Positions 56,040 through 64,000 of a stretch of DNA of 64,000 nt are shown piece by piece; position 1 is the stretch's first letter; every line of letters starts with the position of its first letter. The position numbers were made by a program, and so were the translations under genes. This stretch comes from Mantamonas sphyraenae STR306. Its lineage: Eukaryota; Protista; CRuMs. Under the pieces are notes generated by a model that was not told the origin of the DNA, searched no databases, and worked only from the letters and a program-made list of their open reading frames with translations. The stretch lies in assembly GCA_026936335.1 (NCBI GenBank), contig JAPMXV010000022.1, positions 169,290 through 233,289 on the forward strand, written 5' to 3'.

Positions 56040-59000
56040 TTACTCCAGGCGTTGGCGTTTGGAGGAAGAGGGGGAGGAGGAGGAGGAGGAGGAAGAGGAA
56101 GGGTCTTTGCGCTTGGGGAGGGTGAAGGAGGGGATGGGGTAGGCGTTGACCAGTGCGACTGTGGTAGGGCGTGTGGTGATGTGGGGTGTGATGCGGTCGA
56201 TGAGGGTGTGGAGGAGGGTGTGCAGTGTGGCGTCGGTGGGTTTGTCGAGCCAGGCGATCTTGAGGGAGAGAGAGGTAACACCACGATTGAGGGTGTTGCT
56301 GATGGCGTTGGAAACCTGCTGGTAGGTGAGGCGTGGCCTGAGGAGGCGTACAAAGACGGCCAGGTCGACAGGCGGCACGCCAACATTGCCCAGCGCAAGG
56401 ATGGTGTGTCGCACCAGGGACAGCTTGCTGCCGTTGCGGATCAGCTCATGCAGTGCATGGTGCTCGTGTGCATGCTGATGGCGTGGGTACTTGGCTGCGC
56501 GTGCCTTCATGTGTGCCAGCAGCGTCTGGAACTCCCGCGCCGTGCAGCTGCCACGCTCGTCGGTCGCGTCACCCCGGGACTTGCTCCAGCCACTGCGCAC
56601 AGACTCTGGTTCCCACTTTTCCACCGTGGTGGTGGCAAGGTGATGGTCGTAGTCGCATTGAGTCCAGTGTGGGTCGCTGTCGTTGTCAGCAGGGCGTCGT
56701 GCTTTCTGCAGCGACAGCTGGGTCTGCTCGTGCTGCTTCCAGGTGGTGGGATGGGGCCTGTCGCCGAGACGGTCCATCTCTGTCATGAGCAGGTGGAGGA
56801 GGGCGTAGTTGGGGTCGCCGTGGTCGTGTGGCTCCTCCAGCCAGCACACCTTCAACCCAGCCTTTGTCACACCCATGGCCAGACCAGCGTTGAGAATGGC
56901 AACGCTGCACGCATGTTGATCCATGTCACGGCCGAGAAGGGTGAGGCAGAAGGCCATGTCGCCCTGGGAGAGGGGAATGTTGCCCAGAGCGAGCTGAATC
57001 TGTCGGACGAGTGTGGTCACGGTGCCATGGCAGACCACAACACGCGCCTGCAGGTTCATGTGGTCGGAGATGTCGTCGATGGGATGCTCGTTGACCAGGG
57101 TGTGCATGTGGTTCAGCAGTGCCGTGTGCTCCTTCTTGTTGCTGTGCATGCGCTCGCTCTTGCGCCAGAATGTCCAGCCACTGCGCACAACTCCATCTGG
57201 CGGTCCATCCTCCTCGGCCATCATCTCCTCCCCTGTGGGCTCAGGGAGAATAATCTCGGGGATGTCGAGGGTGATCACGGCATCGATGGTGGTGGGGCGG
57301 GTGGAGATGTGGGGTGTGATGCGGTCGATGAGGGTGTGGAGGAGGGTGTGCAGTGTGGCGTCGCTGGGTTTGGGGTTGTCGAGCCAGGCGATCTTGAGGG
57401 AGAGGGAGGTGACAACGCGGCTGAGGGTGGAACTGATGGCGCTTTTCACCTGCTTGTAGGTGATGTGTGGCCTCAGGAGGCGGACAAAGAAGGCCAAGTC
57501 GACAGGGGGCATGCCAACGTTGCCCAGCGCCAGGATGATGTGTCGCAGCAGGGAGAGCAGGTCGCCGTTGTTGATCAGCTCACGCAGTGCCTGGTGCTCG
57601 TGTGTGTGCTGATGGCGAGGGTGCTTGGCTGCGCGTGCCTTCATGTGTGCCAGCAGGGTCTGGAACTCCCGCGCCGTGCAGCTGCCACGTTCGTCGTTGG
57701 TAGTGTGCGATGCCCAGCCACTTCGCGCAGGCTCGGGATGCCACTTGTCCAACTCGGTAGTGGTGAGATGGTGGTCGTAGTCGCATTGTGTCCAGTGTGG
57801 GTCGCTGTCGTTGTCAGCAGGGCGTCGTGCTTTCTGCAGCCACAGCTGGGTCTCCTTGTGCTCCTTCCAGGTGGTGGGATAGGTCCTGCTGCCGAGACTG
57901 TCCATCTCTGTCATGAGAAGGTGGAGGAGGGCGTAGTTGGGGTCGCCATGGTTGTGTGGCTCCTCCAACCAACACACCTTCAACCCAGACTTTGTCACAC
58001 CCGTGGCCAGACCAGCGTTGAGGATGGTTACACCGCACACACGTTGATCCATGTCACGGCCGAGAAGGGTGAGGCAGAAGGCCATGTCGCCCTGGGAGAG
58101 GGGAATGTTGCCCAGAGAGAGCTGAATCTGTCGGACCAGCGTCAACAGGGTGCCATGGCAGACCACAACACGCGCCTGCAGGGTCATGAGGTCGGGGACG
58201 TTGTCTATGGGATACTCGCTGGCCAGAGTGTGCATGTGTTTCAGCAGTACCGTGTGTTCCTTCTTGTTTCTGTGGCTGCGCTCGTCACTGCGCCAGTTCC
58301 GCGACCATCCTTTGCGCACAACGCCATCTGGCAACTTCACGCCTGCTTTCTTCCGTGCGCCGGTGTCTCCGTTCTTGGCCCTCCTTGCCCGTGAGCTCGA
58401 CGTTCCTGTCTCTGTGCCACTGCCAGCCGTGACCCTGCGCCAGCCCTGTCCGCTGCCTTTCATCTTTTGTGGACCGGTGCGTCGGCTGGTGTGGCACCTG
58501 CATCGTCGCGTGTGGCCTCCTCTTGTGCGTCTCGGCTGCCATTCGTCCGCGTCCTCTTGTTCAATGTCGTCTGTGTCGTCGTCGCTGTCACCTTGCGGCA
58601 TGTACTCCTCATCCATGGCATCATCAGTGTACGCAAAGCTGAGTGTGCCCTGAGTTTCCACCTCGTCGTCCACGTGCTGCTGGGTTGCGTCGTTTGCCTC
58701 GCCGTCTTCTTCGTACGCCTCCATCCCTGAGCTGGTCATCCACTCTGAGTTGCTGGAGGTTGACCGTGGTTCACGGTGGCCAAAGTTCAGGAACATCAGG
58801 TCTTCCACGTCGCTGGTGTCATGTGTGTGTGTGTCCTGGTCTGCGTCGTCGTCGTCGCTGTCTCCAGTCCGCCGTGTGGCCTGGTGGGAGGAGGACGACG
58901 ATGTGGTGGTGGATGTGGTCCGTGTGATATCGACAAAGGCAGGACTGACACGTTTGGGAACGCGGTTGTGGTTTGTGGCGGGTTGAGCGGACGGAGGGTG

Positions 59001-59228
59001 GAACGGAGCCTGAGCGAAGTGCATCTGGGCGGTTTGTCGCGGCTGAGGAGGCGGCGGAGGAGGGTAGGCGTAGTATGGGTGGCCCTGATGAGCATATGCG
59101 TGGTGCTGCTGAGAGTAGGTGTTGACAGGGACCCAGATGATGGGTGGTTGTGGATGCTGGTACGGGTTTTGTACGCCAGAAACGGGCAGCATGTTCGGAA
59201 ACGGCTGGGCAGCCATGGGAGGGACCAT
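56040..59228 (-). CDS. Subtelomeric modular repeat protein, copy 2
   Basis: 1062-aa intact ORF with the same A-B-A-B architecture and C-terminal tail. Confidence 0.85.
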   Translation of the reverse strand: MVPPMAAQPFPNMLPVSGVQNPYQHPQPPIIWVPVNTYSQQHHAYAHQGHPYYAYPPPPPPQPRQTAQMHFAQAPFHPPSAQPATNHNRVPKRVSPAFVDITRTTSTTTSSSSSHQATRRTGDSDDDDADQDTHTHDTSDVEDLMFLNFGHREPRSTSSNSEWMTSSGMEAYEEDGEANDATQQHVDDEVETQGTLSFAYTDDAMDEEYMPQGDSDDDTDDIEQEDADEWQPRRTRGGHTRRCRCHTSRRTGPQKMKGSGQGWRRVTAGSGTETGTSSSRARRAKNGDTGARKKAGVKLPDGVVRKGWSRNWRSDERSHRNKKEHTVLLKHMHTLASEYPIDNVPDLMTLQARVVVCHGTLLTLVRQIQLSLGNIPLSQGDMAFCLTLLGRDMDQRVCGVTILNAGLATGVTKSGLKVCWLEEPHNHGDPNYALLHLLMTEMDSLGSRTYPTTWKEHKETQLWLQKARRPADNDSDPHWTQCDYDHHLTTTELDKWHPEPARSGWASHTTNDERGSCTAREFQTLLAHMKARAAKHPRHQHTHEHQALRELINNGDLLSLLRHIILALGNVGMPPVDLAFFVRLLRPHITYKQVKSAISSTLSRVVTSLSLKIAWLDNPKPSDATLHTLLHTLIDRITPHISTRPTTIDAVITLDIPEIILPEPTGEEMMAEEDGPPDGVVRSGWTFWRKSERMHSNKKEHTALLNHMHTLVNEHPIDDISDHMNLQARVVVCHGTVTTLVRQIQLALGNIPLSQGDMAFCLTLLGRDMDQHACSVAILNAGLAMGVTKAGLKVCWLEEPHDHGDPNYALLHLLMTEMDRLGDRPHPTTWKQHEQTQLSLQKARRPADNDSDPHWTQCDYDHHLATTTVEKWEPESVRSGWSKSRGDATDERGSCTAREFQTLLAHMKARAAKYPRHQHAHEHHALHELIRNGSKLSLVRHTILALGNVGVPPVDLAVFVRLLRPRLTYQQVSNAISNTLNRGVTSLSLKIAWLDKPTDATLHTLLHTLIDRITPHITTRPTTVALVNAYPIPSFTLPKRKDPSSSSSSSSSPSSSKRQRLE

Positions 59229-59918
59229 GTACGCGTAGCTGTGGGGAGACGGGCAGGGGCATGGTGGGGTAGGAACGGTGAGCGGAAGACGGCATGGACG
59301 CCGTTAGAGCAGAAGCGGGACGAAGGGAGGCTGGAACGAGCAGAGAGGGGAAACGGAGGAGATTGGCAGACCGGGAAACTGGCAACGGGGAGGGCAGTGA
59401 CAGGGAGAGGGGTTCGGAGAAGAGCGGAGGTGGCAGCGGCGGTGGTGATGGGGAAGTGGAGATGCGGGGGAGGAGTGCAGGAGCGACAGAGGCATGGAGG
59501 AGGCATGGAAGCGGGAGCAGCGGGCAGCCAGAAAACGGAGTGGAAGGCAGAACGCACGCTGGGTAGGTGTTGGATGTGTGTTGTTGCTTCGGATTGCTTA
59601 AGTGGTCCTTGTCCATGATGGTGGTGATGGTGCTGGAGTGTATGTGGATTGTGTTGGACTAGTGGAGGGTGTTGTGGGTGTTGGCGATACTGTGGTTGAA
59701 TGATGGGTGGGGTGCACAGGGGGACGAGGCTAAAGAGACGGGGTTGGTGATGAATGGGGAAGAGGGGGAGGCGATGTTTGGGTGTGGTGGGATGGAGGCG
59801 TATGTGGAGAAGGGAGGGTCGGAAGGGTGGGTGACACTCCCGGATGAGGTGATGGAGAGTGTGGTGGAGTGGATGGGGAGGTGAATGAGTGAGGAGGGTG
59901 TGAGAATGAAAGGGTGGT

Positions 59919-62900
59919 TCATTCGAGGCGATGGCGTTTGGAGGAGGAGGAGGAGGAGGAGGAGGAAAGGTCTTTGCGCTTGGGGAGGGTGAAGGAGGGG
60001 ATGGGGTAGGCGTTGACGAGTGCGACGGTGGTGGGTCGGGTGGTGATGTGGGGTGTGATGCAGTCGATGAGGGTGTGGAGGAGGGTGTGCAGTGTGGCGT
60101 CGCTGGGTTTGGGTTTGTCGAGCCAGGTGATCTTGAGGGAGAGGGAGGTGACGCCGCGGGTGAGGGTGGCGCTGATGGCACCTTGAACCTGCTGGTAGGT
60201 GAGACGTGGTCTGAGGAGACGGACAAAGAAGGCCAAGTCGACAGGCGGCACGCCAACGTTGCCCAACGCCAGGATGATGTGTCGGACCAGGGACTTCAGG
60301 CTGCCGTTGTTGATCAGCTCACGCAGTTCCTGGAGCTCGTGTGCGTGCTGATGGCGAGGGTGCTTGGCTGCGCGTGCCTTCATGTGTGCCAGCAGCGTCT
60401 GGAACTCCCGTGCCGTGCAGCTGCCTCGTTCGTCGTTGTGCAGGTGTGTGCTCCAGCTATTGCGCACTGACTCAGGGTGCCACTTGTCCACCTTGGTTGT
60501 GGTGAGATGGTTGTCGTAGTCGCATTGTGTCCAGTGCGGGTCGCTTTCGTTGTCAGCAGGGCGTCGTGCTTCCTGCAGCCACAGCTGGGTCTGTTTGTGC
60601 TCCTTCCAGGTGGTGGGATGGGGTCTGTCGCCGAAAGTGTCCATCTCGGTCATGAGCAGGTTGAGGAGAGCGTAGTTGGGGTCGCCGTGGTCGTGTGGCT
60701 CCTCCAGCCAGCATACCTTCAACCCGGCCTTTGTCACACCCATGGCCAGACCAGCCTTGGTGATGGCAACGATGCACGCATGTCGATCCATGTCTCGGCC
60801 GAGAAGGGTGAGGCAGAATGCCATGTCTCCCTGGGAGAGGGAAATGTTGCCCAGAGCGAGCTGAATCTGTCGGACAAGCGTGTTCAGGGTGCCATGGCAG
60901 ACCACAACACGCGCCTGCAGGGTCATGAGATCTGGGATGTCGTCGATGGGATGCTCATTGGCCAGGGTGTGCATGTGGTTCAGGAGTGCCACGTGCTCCT
61001 TCTTGTTGCTGTGGGTGCGCTCGCTCTTGCGCCAGGACGTCCAGCCACTGCGCACAACGCCATCTGGCAGTCCATCCTCCACGGCCATCTTCTCCTCCTC
61101 TGTGGGCTCGGGCAGAACGAGCTCGGTGATATCGATGGCGTTGACGGCGTCGGTGGTGGTGTGGGTCTGGTGGTGATGTGCGGTGTGATGCGGTCGATGA
61201 GGGTGTGGAGGAGGGTGTGCAGTGTGGCGTCGCTGGGTTTGGGGTTGTCGAGCCAGGCGATCTTGAGGGAGAGGGAGGTGACACCGCGGGTGAGGTTGAG
61301 GCTGATGGCCTGTTGAACCTTCTTGTAGGTAAGTTGTGGCCTGAGGAGGCGGACAAAGAAGGCCAGGTCGACAGGCGGCACGCCAACGTTGCCCAGCGCC
61401 AGGATGATGTGTCGCACCAGAGACATCAGGTTGCCGTTGTTGATCAGCTCACGCAGTGCCTGGTGCTCGTGTGTGTGCTGATGGCGAGGGTGCTTGGCTG
61501 CGCGTGCCTTCATGTGTGCCATGAGCGTCTGGAACTCCCGCGCCGTGCAGCTGCCACGCTCGTCGGTTGTTCTATGTGCTGCCCAACCATTGCGCATAGA
61601 CTCTGGTTCCCACTGTTCCACCTTGGTGGTGGTGAGGTGGTGGTGGTCGTAATCGCATTGTGTCCAGTGTGGGTCGCTGTCGTTGTCAGCAGGGCGTCGT
61701 GCTCCCTGCAGCCACAGTTGGGTCTGCTTGTGCTCCTTCCAGGTGGTGGCATGGGTTCTGTCGCCGAGAGTGTCCATCTCTGTCATGAGTAGGTGGAGGA
61801 GGGCGTAGTTGGGGTCGCCGTGGTCGTGTGGCTCCTCCAGCCAGCACACCTTCAACCCAGCCTTTGTCACACCCATGGCCAGACCAGCGTTCTTGATGGC
61901 ATCACTGCACGCCTGTTGATCCACGTCATGGCCCAGAAGGATGAGACAGAAGGCCATGTCGCCCTGGGAGAGGGGAATGTTGTACAGAGCGAGCAGGATC
62001 TGTCGGACCAGCATGGTCAAGGTGCCATGGCAGACCACAACGCGCGCCTGCAGGGACATGAGGTCGAGGATGTTGTCGATGGGATGCTCGTTGGCCAGGG
62101 TGTGCATGTGGTTCAGGAGTGCCACGTGCTCCTTCTTGTTGCTGCGGCTGCGCTCGTCGCTGATTCCCGCTGTCCACCCTTTGCGCACAACACCATCTGG
62201 CAACTTGTTCGTCTTGTCCACGCCTGCTTTCTTCCGTGCGTCGGTGTCTCCGTTCCTGGCCCTCCTTGCCCGTGTGCTCGATGTTCCTGTCTCTGTGCCA
62301 CTTCCAGCCGTGACTTTTCGCCTGCGCTGTCCGCTGCCTTTCATCGTTTGTGGACCAGTACGTCGGCTGGCGTTGCCTCTGCGTCGTCTATGGCCTCTAC
62401 GTGTGCGTCTCGGCTGCCAATCGTCCGTGTCCTCCTGCTCTATGTCGTCTGTTTCGTCGTCGCTGTCGTCTTGCGGCATGTACTCCTCATCCATGGCATC
62501 GCCAGTGTCTGCGAAGCTGAATGAACCCCCAGTTTCCAACTCGTCGACCACGGGCTGCTGGGTTGCGTCGTTTGCCAAATCGTCTTCTTCGTACGCCTCT
62601 ATCCATGAGGCGGTTATCCACTCTGAGTTGCTGGAGGGCGACCGTGGTTCAAGGTGGCCAAAGTTCAGGAACATCAGGTCCTCCACGTCGCCGGTGTCAT
62701 GTGTGTGCATGTCCTGGTCTGCGTCGTTGTCGTCGCTGTCTCCAGTCTGCCGTGTGGTCTGGAGGGAGGAGAACGACGATGTGGTGGTGGATGTGGTCTG
62801 TGTGATGCCGACAAAGGCAGGGCTGACGCGTTTGGGGACGCGGGTTGTGGTTTGTGGTGGGTTGAGCAGGCGGAGGGTGCGACGGAGGCTGAGCGAAGTG

Positions 62901-63107
62901 CACCTGGGCAGTTTGTCGCGGCTGCGGAGGCGGCGGAGGAGGGTAGGCGTAGTATGGATGGCCCTGATGAGCATATGCGTGGTTTTGCTGCGGGTAGGTG
63001 TTGACAGGCACCCAGATGATGGGTGGTTGTGGGTGCTGGTACGGGTTTTGTACGCCAGAGACGGGCAGCATGTTCGGAAATGGCTGGGCAGCCATGGGAG
63101 CGACCAT
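59919..63107 (-). pseudogene. Subtelomeric modular repeat protein, copy 3, with two frameshifts (~62843 and ~61160)
   Basis: Collinear with copy 2 but split across ORFs 62697-63107, 60980-63730 and 59919-61088. There is an extra G at ~62843 and an extra 2 nt at ~61160. These could be sequencing errors. Confidence 0.7.
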
Positions 63108-63780
63108 GTACGCGTAGCTGTGGGGAGACGGGGAGGGGACGGGCGGGGTGGAAACGGTGAGCGGAAGGCGGAATGGACGCTGTCAGGGCAGAAGCGGGGG
63201 TGAAGGGAGGCTGGAACGAGCAAAGAGGGAAAACGGAGGAGATTGGCAGACCGGGAAACTGGCAACGGAGAGGGGAGTGACAGGGGAGAGGGGATCGGAG
63301 AACAGCGGAGAAGGCAGCAGCGGTGGTGATGGGAAAGTGGAGATGCAGGGGAGGAGTGCAGGGAAGCGACGGAGGCATGGAGGAGGCATTGAAGCGGGAG
63401 AAGCGGGCAGTCTGAAAACGGAGTGAAATGCAGAACGCACGCTGGGTAGGTGTTGGATGTGTGTTGTTGCTTCGGAGTGCTTGAGTAGTCTTTGTCCATG
63501 ATGGTGGTGGTGGTGCTGGAGTGTATGTGGATTGTGTTGGACAGGTGGAGGGAGTTGTGGGTGTTGGTGATAATTTGGTTGAAGGCGGAAGGGCAGTGCT
63601 GACTGCGTGGCGTTGCAGGACGACGGCAACTCACCAGCAACATTTTCACTCCCACCCATTGCCCACCGCCCCATGTCACCACACAACTCAGCCACCCCGC
63701 CACCAGACACAAGCACAACTCACACAACATAGACCGGACTCATCATATATAACAGAACATCATCCCATTTGGGGTTAGAA

Positions 63781-64000
63781 TTAGGGTTAGGGTTAGGGTT
63801 AGGGTTAGGGTTAGGGTTAGGGTTAGGGTTAGGGTTAGGGTTAGGGTTAGGGTTAGGGTTAGGGTTAGGGTTAGGGTTAGGGTTAGGGTTAGGATTAGGG
63901 TTAGGGTAGGGTTAGGGTTAGGGTTAGGGTTAGGGTTAGGTTAGGTTAGGGTTAGGGTTAGGGGTAGGGTTAGGGTTAGGGTTAGGGTTACGGGGTTAGG
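63781..64000 (+). repeat. Telomeric repeat (TTAGGG)n, right chromosome end
   Basis: Tandem TTAGGG runs to the window end with the G-rich strand pointing outward. A few variant units are present. Confidence 0.98.

Larger units (their letters stand above)
52690..63560. repeat. Subtelomeric tandem gene array (periods ~3.3 and ~3.9 kb) with nested 1.13-kb internal repeats
   Basis: Stop codons at 52708, 56040 and 59919. Upstream regions 59229-59660 and 63108-63560 are highly similar. Confidence 0.92.

Noticed and set aside
53008-58394. Long plus-strand ORFs (53008-55323, 56037-58394) with repeats
   Set aside because: They are antisense shadows of the minus-strand repeat genes, caused by GC-rich codon bias, and have no independent motifs.
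63885-64000. Variant telomere units (TTAGGA, TTAGG, TAGGG, TTACGGGG)
   Set aside because: They are sporadic and at the contig end, so they cannot be distinguished from read errors.
1-64000. CRISPR arrays, rRNA and tRNA genes
   Set aside because: No repeat-spacer structure or recognisable structural RNA was seen by eye. tRNAscan-SE/Infernal would be needed to exclude small RNAs.

Overview
This window is the right-hand end of a chromosome from a compact, GC-rich, intron-containing microbial eukaryote. Evidence: GT-AG introns with CTRAC-like branch points, very short intergenic spacers, and a terminal (TTAGGG)n telomere from about 63,781. The organism cannot be named from sequence alone. About 30 genes were reconstructed by hand-splicing. 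Housekeeping-type genes: Elongin-A-like, MARCH6/Doa10, PEX16, ZFC3H1/Red1-like, WBP11, a TM-TPR protein, a histone-fold protein, a UvrD/Srs2 helicase, RING-PHD, F-box-LRR, PB1, Kelch and SAM-2OG oxygenase. Unusual fusions: ApbE plus flavin-reductase domains with a candidate cis flavinylation motif, FKBP plus PTP, and RPEL/ankyrin plus an arginine-finger-less RhoGAP. Three lineage-specific multicopy systems stand out. (1) A telomere-adjacent tandem array of three ~1,060-aa genes, each built from four ~185-aa modules with a near-invariant scaffold and three hypervariable patches. One patch lies in a putative winged-helix recognition helix, suggesting a modular, diversifying DNA-binding family. 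(2) Three secreted precursors with the layout signal peptide, acidic pro-region, invariant C-x9-C-x8-C-x16-C-x20-C-x3-C domain, acidic spacer, and terminal GG[SG]GWWCCF[GN]WC. This domain is visible only after splicing. (3) Three copies of a Crinkler-like header/REase-like/kinase gene in inverted and tandem duplications that carry 3' fragments of neighbouring genes. All family assignments are from motif recognition by eye; no searches were run.
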